This document shows, piece after piece, positions 51,650 through 64,000 of a stretch of DNA of 64,000 nucleotides. Each line of letters opens with the position of its first letter. The stretch's first letter is position 1. Origin of the DNA: Lama guanicoe (lineage: Eukaryota); assembly GCA_013239625.1 (NCBI GenBank), contig MU054323.1:16868029-16932028 (forward strand). Direction: 5' to 3'. Under the pieces are notes generated by a model. The model saw only the letters and a list, made by a program, of their open reading frames with translations. It was not told the origin of the DNA and did no database searches. A program made the translations under genes and the position numbers.

Positions 51650-53729
51650 TCTAGTCCTCTATGACTTGAAGTGACTTAAATAAGTTGGGTTTTTCCCACC
51701 AGAAAATCAATTTAACCTAGAGACTCAGGCTTGGAAGCTGAATGAGACCTACAGATTTGTTTTGTTTGATCCTCAGAGTTGGCCTGCAAAGTGATTTTGT
51801 TTTAAATTTTGAATTAATATCAAACATTGAAAAATCAGCAAATTACACACATTTTTAAAGAAGAATCTGGATTTCTGGCTTTTCTTGAAAAATAAGAAGA
51901 TCTGATCACCTGGGCCGGCCTACCTCCATAGTGACCATTGTCTGACTGTACCCTCTTTTCAAAGAGAAACAGACTCTCCAGCTTGCCATAAACCCCATTT
52001 CATATTCATGCTGCCTGCTTGATCCACCCCAAGCATTTGCACTGACAGCACCTAATCAAATATACCCATGGAGTATCCTAATGGACCTGAATTTAATAAA
52101 CCCAAGCGTCACAGCCAGTTGAATCTGAGACTGAAAAGAAAATACATACATGAAGGGAGAAACATGTATGTAACATGTGGCCTCCTATCAGGAGATCTGA
52201 GACATAAGACCCATCCTCAGAGGAAAACCATTCTGAAACTCACAGCCCTCCTCCCTCTCCCCACAAATCTTGGGCAGCTGGCCAGCCCTGTTAGGAAAGA
52301 CTCAAACAGCCCATTGTTTTTTGGTCTGGCCTACAACCATCACTGTGTTAGGGGAGGCCCCAGAGCACTAGATCTGATTACCTGCTGATGGTGATTTCAG
52401 ACAGCAGAACAAGCCGGGTCCCATGAGTGACTGTGCACAATTACAACCTGATATGCTTTGGGGATCTTACCACAATTTTCTTCTCAGGGTTTCCCATTTC
52501 TTCCACCCCACTCCTACACACACAGACACACACACTCTCTACCTTGACTTACCTGACAGCAGGAGGCCCATATGGAGTCTGGAAACTGGCTTAGTTTCAT
52601 CAGTACTCTATACATGCTTTTCAAGGTCCACATTTTCTTCCTTTAACGCCCCTCTCATGACCATGCCCTTTAAAACCCATCTTCCTTGCTAAATGTCAGA
52701 GTCTAAAACTGAAAGAAAGAGGGGGTGGGTGGTGGTGGATATTTCCACCAATTGTTTTCAATAAGTGCCTAATTCCAAACTACTACAGAACTGTTAAAAT
52801 GAATGAACTTAACATCTCAGGATCTCCATCCAGAAACAGCCAATATCCAATATGAACAAAGATGTGCAGAGCATGACACAAAGCTGCGTGTTGAAATGGG
52901 CAATCAACCGAGCACAGATCCTTTAGCTGATGAGATTTCAGAAATAGTTCTTAAAAATTGGGACAGATAAAAAAAAAATAAGCAAAAAAGGGAACTAAGT
53001 ATCCTAGAGATTACTGTGGCCTTTGGAGAGATGTCTGTCGAACTGGATGCAGCCATAGGGAAATCAGGGTCGTGTAATAAGATCAGACATTTTGAGTCCA
53101 AAGCACCCCTTCAAGCATGGAAGGACACAAACAATACTCTCTCCTGACAGCCCGGGTGAGACAGTCCTTCTGTCGGCTCAGGTTTGTGCCCCAGGAAAAT
53201 CCTTTTGAAAATAGAGGGGCTCATTCTACCTAAAATGTTTTAGCACTTGGAATGTAGGCTCTAAAGGAACATGAAGGAATTGGACATTTTCTAGAATTCC
53301 TCACTCCTGGTCCTTTTATCATCCTAGGAGGTGCCTGGAAGTGGAGTGATCAGGCAGGAAACCATGAATAGGGACGTTGGTGGGTTTGCCTCCATCATTT
53401 AGTTCAGCTCAATTCAGTCAGGAGTTACTGGGCACCTCCTCTGTGCCCAGCACTGTGCTGAGGGCTCTGACAACTACGAAAGGAGCCCTTGACCCCCAGA
53501 AGTCTGCCTTCTTGTCAGGTGGGCTGCACCTGTACATATGAAGGAATCAGAGAAACACACAGGACAAGAATATGACTGAGCGTTAAAACTGACCTGAAGT
53601 AGTAAACCAGCTCTACCCCAGTTTTTAAAAAATGATCCAATGTCTACCTAATCTCAGGTTCCTTAGGTACCATCTCACAAATATACTTACTAAAGTATAA
53701 CTAAATCAATTATAGTTTAAATATATTAA

Positions 53730-54400
53730 AATCCATCATGGGTCACATTCCAGCAGAGCTAGAATGAGAAGATAGATAATGCCAAGTGTTAAGAAGAAGG
53801 TGAGTATTTAGACCTCTCATACACCAGTGATGGGAGAACAAATTGGTAAAATCACTTGGGAAAACTCTTTGGCTGTATCTATGAATAGAAGTATATCCTA
53901 TGATCCAGCAATTTTACTCCTGGATTCACACAAACTGAAAACTATATATATTTTCACCAAAAGACATGTGTAAGATTGGTCACTGCAGCACTGTTTATAA
54001 TAGCCTCAAACTGGAAACAACCCAAATGACCATCAGTAGGAGAATAGATATGTAACATATTTAGGCAATAAATTATTATATAGCAGTGAAAAAAACCTAC
54101 AACTATGCACAACAATATGAATGAATCTCACCAACATAATGTGGAACAAAAGAAGGCAGTCCAAAAAAGATGACTACATACGCTATGATTAAATTTGTTT
54201 CAAAAAGCAGATAAAACTCACCTATTGTGGGAGCTCAGGATAGTGTTTACCTTCATTTGAGAAGACTAGTTATTGAGATGAGAGGTAAGAGGAGGATTCG
54301 GGGGTGCTGGTAATGATCGACTTCTAGATCTGGGAGCTGTGCTCCTTTTGTACAAAGTCATCGAGCTCTATATGATTTACACATCTTTCTATGTAATTTG
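53730..54400 (+). mobile_element. L1ME-like ORF2 end / 3' UTR
   Basis: cctatgatccagcaattttactcctgg...gcagcactgtttataatagcctcaaactggaaacaacccaaatg. Confidence 0.7.
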
Positions 54401-55469
54401 TCACCTAAAAAACCCTACAAGGGTCACATCAAGTATCACAAATACGTCAATATTTCCTGAAGATTTCTGTCAATGGAGAATTAAAGCCCAGAAGGGTCGT
54501 ACAAATTGACTTTCATCAGTCTTTGACTAGGATCAGGAATTTCAGGTTTCTGAACTCCCTATTCTGTCACTGATTCTCCAGACAATCTCAGAAAAACATT
54601 ACTTCCACTGCTTCTGTTTTAAAAAACAGCAAGGTTGGCTTCCATTCTTCATTCACCACCTCATAGATTTACCTTTAAGGGGGAAATATGTGAAACTGTC
54701 CAGCAGTCGACGCTTTTGGTAATTATATTAAAATGAAAATGCAAGTCCCTCACCATTTTCATGATGGGTAGCAAAATTCTACTGCACCCAGGGAATCTGT
54801 TGTTATTGTCCAAACTTAATCATTATCACTACGTAATAACTGGGCTGATGCTCTGCTGTACCCACAGGTGAAGACTGGGCTGTCTGCCATAAACCTTTAC
54901 GTGGAAGCCAAGTACTTTTTTCCTTCCCCTCAGAGGAACGTGGAGACATGCTCTCTCATTCCGTACATGGACAGATTCTTTTGCTCTGAGGAGCCTGGAG
55001 GAGTAACAGGCCTTAAGAATATGAGTCAGAACGTGGAAAGAGAATTGGTTTTGATGGAAGAAGACCTGGTGCTATCACTGAATAGCTAGAACACTGTGGA
55101 CGGGTCATCTCACCTCTCTGAATTTCAATTTCCTCATCTTTTATTTGGGGCCGTAACAATCCCTCTCCTTCTTATCTCATTGGGTTGTTTTTGAGGTAGA
55201 AGTGAGATTATGTACGTAAAATCTTTTTTGGAAACTAGAAAATGCTATACAAAAGCGAAGTATTATAATTATGTAAAAATGCTCTCAGTAAACTCTGTTG
55301 GATTCTTTTTAAAATGAGTGTCTACATGAACCACTCCAGGTGCTGAGGATATAGCGCAGGGGGCAAGAACAAGCAAGGTCCCCGCTCGCAGGCAGCTTAT
55401 GTAGTGGGAGAAGACACAGTAAAAAGGCAAACAAAAAATAAGATGGCTTCAGCTAGTAAAAAAGTGCTA

Positions 55470-56058
55470 TGGTGGCAGGGTGTAGCTCAGTGGTAGAGTG
55501 CCTGCCCAGCATGCATGAGGTCCTGGGTTCAATCCCCAGTGCCTCCATTAAGAATGAAATATATATTTTATTTCTTTCTTTATATATACTTATATATGTG
55601 TATGTATAACTGAATTGCTTTGCTGTACACCTGAAACTAACATTGTAAATTGACTACACTTCAATAAAAACAAGAATTTTTTAAAAATGGAAAAATAGGG
55701 TGGTTTGGGGAATTAAGATAAATGGAAATAAAGCAGCTATAAAAGACAGAAAGAAAGACAGAAAGAAAGACAGACAGGCAGAAAGAAAGAAAGAGAAAGA
55801 AAGAAAGAGAAAGAAAGAAAGAGAAAGAAAGAAAGAGAAAGAAAGAAAGAGAAAGAAAGAAAGAGAAAGAAAGAAAGAGAAAGAAAGAAAGAGAAAGAAA
55901 GAAAGAGAAAGAAAGAAAGAGAAAGAAAGAAAGAGAAAGAAAGAAAGAGAAAGAAAGAAAGAGAAAGAAAGAAAGAGAAAGAAAGAAAGAGAAAGAAAGG
56001 AGGGAGGGAAGGAAAGAAGGACGGGTGATCTAATTACCTCCTCCCCAAAAATAAAATT
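55470..56058 (+). mobile_element. tRNA-Ala-derived SINE split by an L1 3' fragment and a purine repeat
   Basis: SINE head at 55470-55550 and SINE tail ctaattacctcctcccc at about 56030-56058. TSD AAAAAGTGCTA at 55459-55469 and 56059-56069. Confidence 0.8.
55781..55990 (+). repeat. (GAAAGAAAGAAAGA)15 tandem repeat within a 242-nt pure-purine tract
   Basis: 15 perfect 14-mers counted. No pyrimidine between 55780 and 56021. Confidence 0.95.
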
Positions 56059-59000
56059 AAAAAGTGCTAAGAAGAAAGTGAAACAAAGCAGTGTGATAAG
56101 AGAATGCCTAGGAGGTTTCTTTAGGTTGTTGAGCAAGGTAAGCTTCTCTGAGATGATGGCACTTGAGCTGTGTTCTAACTGTGACAATGAAGTTCTGGGG
56201 AGTGTTCCAGGCAGAGGGAACAGTAGACACAAAGGTGCTGATGGGAGGGAGCCTGACGCATCTGAGGACCAGACAGAGAGCCAGTGTGGCTGCAGCCACC
56301 CAATGGTCAGAAGGGCTGGCAGGGGCTTGACCATAGTTCTCACCATGGGTGGTGGTAGGGGTTGGTCCCCTAGGGAAAGGGCATATGGAGAAAAGAGGGC
56401 ACAGGACCAAGAGCTGTTTACAGCAGCGGAAGAACTAGCAGGAAAAGACCTTCTTCCCGGGGAAGGAGCTGTGATATCGTAAAATCAGACCTTACTTCTG
56501 GCACTATTTAGGACAAACACCACACAGGTTCCAGAGGTGGCTTCACTGAGAAGCTCCTGACTATAAGCTTCAGAGCGCCCCACATTTACCAGGCTCTTTC
56601 AAGGCCCTGGAAGGCACTCTTGTCATCAAATTTTATATTCTTTTTCTTTAAAAGATCTCCCTAAGCCTGCCCCTACCACTGAATGTATCCAAATGCCACT
56701 GCAAATTTCTAGAATCAGAGCTATAGCAACAAGCCAGGACCCAGAGGTTTGGAAATGCGTTTGCCTTTTTCTTCAGGGTCCGCCCACCCCAACCCTGGCC
56801 CCCACCCGCCTCACTCCCATCCCCACCCCTCCAGTGCAGGAAGTCTGAGATCAGCATTTCTATGAGGTGCCAGACTCACTTCTCCTTTCCTTTCCGCAGC
56901 CTGGCCCCAGTTAACCTTTCCAGTCTGGTTCCCAGTGACTTCTCACAGCCTTCTCCACCCTCCACCTCCACTGCCCTCCCTGCACTTGCGCAAAGCTCCA
57001 CCAACCTGTCCCTCTTCCAGCCACACACAAATCCTCTCTTGGCTCCATATTTTCACACGGGCTGCTCCTCGTGCCTTGAATGCTCTTCCCCGTCTTCTCC
57101 TGTCCAACTCCTGCCGAACCCTCCTGCTCTGTAAAGCAGAAGTCTTCTTGTCCTCTTCCTCTAATTACTGCTCCCACGACACTGCGTGTATCACTTGATT
57201 AAGGCTTCAGCCTCACACATTAGGGTTCTCACGTACATGTCTGCTCTCCCCTGGCCATCCCATACTGGACCGTTGAATTCCCTGAGAACACGTTATGTTC
57301 ATCTCCTGCTCTCTCTTGTCCCGTCCCAGTACCTAGCACCACAGCAGGTGGTGAATCAGTGGGTGAGCCTCCCAAATTCTTGGCAGGACAGAACATGACA
57401 GCTTGAGGAAATTTCTAGTTATGCCAATAGACCTCCAAGCATGTAACGCATTCATTTTTATTTATTTATTTATTTTTTACAGAAGCGTCCATCCCAGCAA
57501 GCCCAGTACCCAGTACACACTAGAAGCTCAGTGAGTGGTTGCTGACTGCATGGCTGTGCATTGGCTCTCCCGAGGCGTGGCGGTGGGCTCTCAGCTCCCC
57601 TGTTCTTGGGGGGAGCTCACACTCCAGTGCAAGGTCGAGCCCAACAGTCATTCTAAACAAAAATAATAAGATGATTTCAAACAGTAGTAAGTGTTATAAA
57701 GACCATTTTAAGAGGATTACAGATGGGGAAAGGAAACTAGTTTGGATAGGGTGTCAGGGATGACCTCTCCGAGGCGTAAATGATACACGAATCTTGTCCT
57801 CAGCGTTTGCTCAACAAACCAGCAGGAATTTGTCTGCTTCTCTAAGGGGGTCTGGCCTAGTGAGGGCTTGTCCCCTGGAAGCTTTTCCTGACATCCTGCA
57901 AGAGGAATAAAGCTTTCCCAGCTCGGTCACTGGCCTCTGGATTGCAGAGCTGGCCTCAGTGTTTACTAAACAAACCAGTGTGATTATCCTGTCACGATCT
58001 GAAAGAGAAAGACCAAAAAAAACTTAGCACAAATACAAGGCCACCTATTCAATTAAAGCCGCAAACCAGGGCAGCAAAAAGGCTGAATATAAAACAGTCA
58101 GGGAGAGTTTTAATAAAAGTGAGTTACATAACTTGAGACTTGCCTGAGACTCGAACAAAGGCATTCTTATCTCAAGGTTAAAGAAAGGAATTAAGACCAG
58201 CGGCAGTTTCCAAGCACTTCTCCTATAAACTTTCTGGCAACAGTGAGGCTCAGTGTTGGGAACTAGGGGTGCCGAGGTGCTACAGCTTAGCCATTCCTCA
58301 GGGTTCATTAGGATGTCTTCTGGACAAGGTGTGGCTCCCCAGTGGTGTTGGAATTATGGGGCTTTCAAAATCATTACCATTTCCCAGCATGAGAACTGCT
58401 CCAGTTGGAAGCCACCTTTGAGACCGTAGGGCCACCCTCCTCCTAATTCTAGCTAAAAAGCCCCAGAGGTCATCCAGGCAGTTATTACAGAACTAGAACC
58501 CCTGACCTCCAGCCTGGGACGACTTCCACTCCATCACACTGCCCGCACACCTTCTGACACCTCCACTGGCCCACAGTTGGCCGTCGATGGCTGGGGTGAC
58601 AACCAGGCGTGCCCCTCCTCCAAACTTCTACAAATGGCTGGCCCCCACCCACCCTTACCTGACACCTTCTTTCTCCCTTTCCTTTCTCTGCTCCTTCTCT
58701 TTTTTTCTCCTCCTTTCCCTCAACCTGGTATGTCCTCAACCCACTGGTGGCACAGAGGGATCTTTAAACATTGTTTTCTCCTGCTAGTGGCACCGGAAGG
58801 CAGAGTAGTCCAGAAACAAAATGTTTCTTTCTCTCCCAATCTCCCCTCCTACTTCTCTTCCAGTCCAAGCCTTGCCCCAGCTGGTGACCTGTCCCTGGTC
58901 CCCCCAAGCCTTTTCCTCCCTGTTCGTAATGATCAGTACTAGAAAACCAGTCATGTTTAAGGCAGAACCCTCCTCAAGATAGTTACATTCTAATAGCACA

Positions 59001-62000
59001 TCTTTAAAGCCCAACAGCTTTCAATAAGAAATCGAGTCCTGCCAGTGGACACATTCAACAGATAAATACTTGGAGTCAGGGCTGTCCTGACCTCCTTTAG
59101 ATTATAACTTAGAGGCAGTCCAGTCTACATCCCGCTGCTCAAGGACCTGCCAGAACTGCCAGATGCCCTGCACCGCCTCCTTCAGGGACCAGCAATCCCA
59201 CCCTGGTGTCCATCACCTGCCCTGGCCAGGAGTCTTCCTTTAGTGGGACCTACATTTCCCAGGCTGTAATCCAACGTCATGCCCCCAGTGCTGTCCTCTT
59301 TGGGGACACAACACTGGTCAGCTCAGAAATCCTGACTCACACAAATGAGAAAAGGTTACTTCTGAGCCACCTGTGCCAGGAGGTGGGTGGCTTATAGCTT
59401 TAAATCCAGCAGAATGTGGCCCAAGCTAGTTCTATGGACGATGGAGTGGTTCTTTGTCTGGGGGACCTGCCGGACCAGGTTGAAGTTGGAGGCAGGCTCA
59501 GGAGGGGTTGGTAGTTTCCCAGGGGTGTTGGAAATTACACAATCTCTCTCTGGATGGACAGGCAGAACTGGCAGGCTTGCCGGAACAGAATGAGGCCTCG
59601 GGAAAGAGCTTTTTCCCTACAACTCTGCCAGCATCCCTAATTATTCTGGCTCTAGATTTGGGGATCTTAAATAACAAAATGATAGGTCTGAAATTTACTT
59701 TGCCACTCCAAAGAAAATTGTAAGACTCCCCATGGGCACCAGAATTTTAGAAGTGTTAGTTTTAAAAAACTGGCTTTTCCAAAACCCTGCCACATCAGCA
59801 AAGCACACCAGAGAGAATGACAATTTGCATTTCTTGGGGACCAGGTCCTGTACTGCCCCTTTTTTCTGAGAAGTGGCTGTCTTAAATTTGCATCAAAACA
59901 AAGGGTACCAGCTTCAAACTGGGTGGCTGTTGCTGAGTTGTTTTGCATTTTTCCATCCTCTTATTTAGAAAGCAGTAAGACCTTTTTCATTCCTTTGGGC
60001 TCCCTCCAAGTGGAATGGTCTTTTAGGTCCAGCATATTTCGGGATAAGCAATGGGTCAGAGAGAAGGCACAGGGTGGCTGAGAGCTTATGTTTAAATTTC
60101 TAGTGTTGCTCTTAGAACAATCAAAGAATGAAGTCTCCCCAGGGTGGCCAACACTCGCAGAGGGCAAACCCCTACAGTAAGTCAGCCAGGGAGAAGGGAA
60201 GGTTAAAACAGGGGGAGGGCTGCCTCAGGGCTGGGCCTGATGACTTCTGACTGAGCTTCCGGAAACTGCCATCCACCTCTACTGAGCGTAGCCCTAGGGA
60301 AGAGTCACAGACTATCTCCATGGTGTCTTCTGTATGGACATTATTGAAGACACAGTGTATTCATCACGCAAGACCCTCTGTATGAGGACCCTCAGGAGAA
60401 ATTTCATTCTGGTCCTAATACCAAGGACAGACATACATCTCTTGAACCATGATGCCACCTTATGGGATTTTGTGCATTCCTGCAAGCAGTCTTCAGAACC
60501 CAGCCACATATTCTGCATAGATCCTGCATCTGTGGTCCTGTCGGGGGTGTCCCGAGGGAAATGCCTGCCCAGATGCTCAAACCTCAGAGGACTCTTCCCA
60601 TGGACAGCCAACCCAAAGCCAGAGCTTCAAGAAGCATGGCCTCAGCCCAAAAGCAAATCCCTGGACCTGAGTTTCTGTAGACATATCACTCATTAAACAA
60701 CAAATAGTTCATATGACAAACGAACATGCACTGTGCGTCAGAGGACATGGCCATGAACGTGAGAGGCAAAATTCCTTATTCTCACTGAGTTTACAATCTG
60801 GTAGATTTACCCTGATGCATCCACTTGAATTTAAAGATATGCCGATGAAATTAACAGGCAGCTAAGGTGGAAACCTCAGAAAAGGACCAGAGGACCAAAA
60901 TAACAACAACAAAAAGCTGATCAGAGCCGAAGTGAATAGGACATTTAGAGAAAGTCAAAGAATTGTATTTCAATCTGCCGTGCACTCTTGGGTGAGTGAC
61001 AACCTCCGAGCCTCAGTTTCCACATCTAAAAAACGATGACACCACAAAGACTCATAGTGAGAAATGAGTGAGATAATATTGATTAAGCTCTTAACACATA
61101 TTATATATATATTATATATAACACATATATAACACATGATAAAGCTCATGAATGTACTCAATAAACACTGGCTCCTACTACTCTACTGCTATCCAAGGAG
61201 TGCTGAGAGGAGAAGGGCTCTTGGTGTGACATTTTGGCCACATGGCCTGTTTCAGTCCTACCAGCGGTAGGAAATGTGGGGAGGAGGGAGGTTGCCATTC
61301 CATAGGGATCATGCCCTTGATGTCACCTTAAGTCCTATTTCCCATACACTCACACTTCAGTTGTTCCTAATCCCAATCCTTCTTTTTAGGTAAGAAGGTA
61401 ACTCCCGTTGTCCCTTGCATGTTGCTGATGGGAGTGGGTTCCATCTCACTGATCCTGGTCAGTGTTAGAGAGTTAGCACAGAGAGAAAGTCCAGACCTTC
61501 TCACTGCACCCCCTGTTTGTGTGCTATTTGTTTCAAGGGAAGAGAGAAATCAATTTGTGTTTTCCTGTTCCTTTTTGGTGGTAGCAAGCCGTGTCACATG
61601 CCATGGACAAAGTCTGAACAGGCACATTCTAACTTTGGAGTTTTTTGCAACTGGCTTTGGGGTTATTCCTTCTCTAAAGTTCCTAGTCAGATGCCTCATT
61701 AAATGTTAACACTGGAGGAGCTGTTGGTTGCAGTCCTGGGATGCACAAAAATGAAAGTTAAGAAAGTTCCAGAGATGAGGTTCCCTCTTTGGCTCCCATC
61801 TCAGCCTCAGTGAACAGCCCACTTCTGTTTCAAGGGATTGATCTTCGGTATGCAATCTGGACAATAAAAATTGCATTTTGAATCAATAAGATTCTAAAGT
61901 TCCAGGATCTTGAAAACCCAGTTTACCTCCTATGCTTCTCCTGCCCATTAGCCCCCACCCACATCCATTCCTCCATCCCTCCCTACACCTTCGTGGCCCT

Positions 62001-64000
62001 GAAGAACCTTCTCCAAGGCCAAGCAGAGAGTAGCTTTGCAAAGAGGTGAATGAGAGCAAATACCCACATGCTCCCCCACCCCTAACCCCCAGGAGCTTTG
62101 AAAGGGAGATACTTAAAAGAAATGGCCTTACTGCATAAAAACCAGGAAAGGCTAGAAGGTGATGGAGAAACAGCATGCCACCCGTAATTTCTACTCACAC
62201 AAGATGAGCAGGCCAGTGACATAAACGGGAAAGGGACAAGTCTCAAGCTCATGTCTTTATTCTCCATAGACCTTATAACACCAATGAGCTGCTAATGGTA
62301 TGTCCTCTGTCAGCAAACAGGACAACCAACAGCTGGCTTCTCTCAGCTGGTTGAGTTTCGGTACCTTGGAGCATGGGCCCCGAGGAGCTGAAAACACCCA
62401 CTGTCTCACTGGGGCCTGAGGCTTGGAGCAGTTCTTTCCAGTCAATGTGCTGGAAGGCACAGGTCAGGGAGCCAGCTCTAGGTGCCCTCGGTAAGCACTT
62501 GTCAGAGCTCTCCGAACGTGGATTTGAGTCTAGGGGTCAAGTTCAGAGGAAGAGGAGAAAACCAGTGCCAGGAAACAGGCCTCTACATTCTCCAGTTTTA
62601 TACTATTTCTGCTCTTCTGGTGGCTCTGAAGTTGGTGTGAGCATTGTGCTGTCCTCTACCTCCCGTCTACTAGAAATTATATGAGACACTTCTGTGGCCT
62701 AATCTGTAGCCCCTGGGAGCAGCAAAACCCTCCAAGTGCATGGCACCTTAGATATCGTCCTGCCTGTACACCCCTGGATGTACCAAGGCTTACCTGACCT
62801 ACACAGGTTATATTACAGAAACTTCTGGGAAATCTCAAACAGTATTATCATGTTGACCTAGGCGATCTTATAATTGCTATACACATTGCTTTTTGAATGT
62901 AGAATATATATTGATTATTTTCACATCCAAAGCTGTGAAAGTTAGTGTTTATTTATTTGCATGCTTTAACTATCCTATATTCTAATTAAGTGGGAATCTG
63001 TCCTGAATCTACCTGATTTCTTTGATATTACCCTAATTAAAGATTATGAAAAATATTCTAGCTCCCATGAATTCACATCTCACAGAGTCATGTCTACTAT
63101 GTACAGGTCAGTAAACATCTCAGGTAATCTACATCCATCATTTCATTTCACCTTTACACCCGCCCTGTGGTATTACTTCCAGTTTACAGATGCCGAATCT
63201 AAAAGGCAGAAGGAGTAAGTCACTTATAAAATCACAGTTGCAAGTGGTAGAACCCAAATGCAAGCTCAGATGTGTCTGATTCTAAATCCAGTGATAGGGC
63301 AATCTGCTTCTCCCGAGTAGGAGCCACCAGGTCATGGAAACTCCTCCTCCCTCACTTTCTCCATGTAAATACTGAAAGGAACTCATGGGGCCTTCTTTTC
63401 GAAAAAGGCTCATGGTGTCCACGAGATGATCCTACCCTCTGCTCCATACTAGTGAGGCCTCATCTGTGGTGCTGGGAACACTTGTAAGAGCCACAGTTTA
63501 ACAGGGATACCGGCGAGGAAAGTTGACAAGTCTAGGTAGGTCTGGAAAATGCAAGGGACTGTTGAAGGGTAATTAGCCTATTAGAAAAAACACAAGCTAT
63601 CCAATCGGAGAGACAGTCTAACAGCTGTATTTTAATACTTGAAAAGCTGTAATTCAAAGAAAGAAATTGATTTTCTTCATTCTTTCATTTATTCATCCAT
63701 TCATCCAACAAACACTTCTCACACACCAATCATACGCAAGGCACTGAGCTAGGTGCTGGGGAACAGCGAGAAACAGGCCAAATACACCCACAGAGTATAG
63801 TAAGGAAGACAGATCTTAAAGAAATCATTGCAAGTGTAATGATTTGATGGTATAAGAAGGAGATGACAAGGAGTCTGGGTCTTAGTCCTGGGTAAGACAG
63901 AAGCAGACTATGAACCAGAAACACGGGCTCTGGCTCCAATCACTTCCTTGACTGATGTACTTGGGCAATTTCATTTAAACTCTGAACCTGTTTTCTCTTC

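Noticed and set aside
55474..55548. tRNA-Ala-like sequences here and at 12.5, 20.4 and 36.1 kb
   Set aside because: They have mismatched stems, SINE tails and TSDs, and no immediate Pol III T-run terminator, so they are SINEs rather than tRNA genes.
55681..56482. Long ORFs on both strands (260 aa K/E/R-rich and 221 aa F/L/S-rich)
   Set aside because: They arise from the stop-free purine repeat and run across SINE and other repeat sequence. There is no sign of a real protein.
1..64000. Prokaryote-type systems (CRISPR arrays, operons, defence islands)
   Set aside because: The sequence is clearly mammalian, with spliceosomal introns and eutherian repeats. No repeat-spacer array or dense coding region is present.

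Overview
This is mammalian (eutherian) genomic DNA, probably camelid, judging from tRNA-Ala-derived vic-1-like SINEs; the species call is an inference. Bases 1 to about 38.1 kb hold the 5' part of the atlastin GTPase 2 gene (ATL2) on the minus strand: coding exons 1-4, all with GT-AG junctions, in continuous frame, containing the G1-G3 motifs, plus its CpG-island promoter. The gene continues beyond position 1. A full-length RPS15A processed pseudogene with 5' TOP tract, poly(A) and target-site duplication (TSD) lies about 1.6 kb upstream of the ATL2 start codon. The rest is intronic or intergenic DNA dominated by L1, MIR/L2, hAT/Tigger, MaLR and SINE fragments. I see no evidence for a wholly new biological system. 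The best leads are two extra candidate ATL2 first exons (one intact and in phase, one apparently frameshifted in this lineage), several chimeric or nested retrotransposition products, and an FGF4-enhancer-type Sox-Oct element near 59.9 kb. Repeat family names and comparisons with human proteins come from memory, and repeat boundaries are approximate unless TSDs are quoted.
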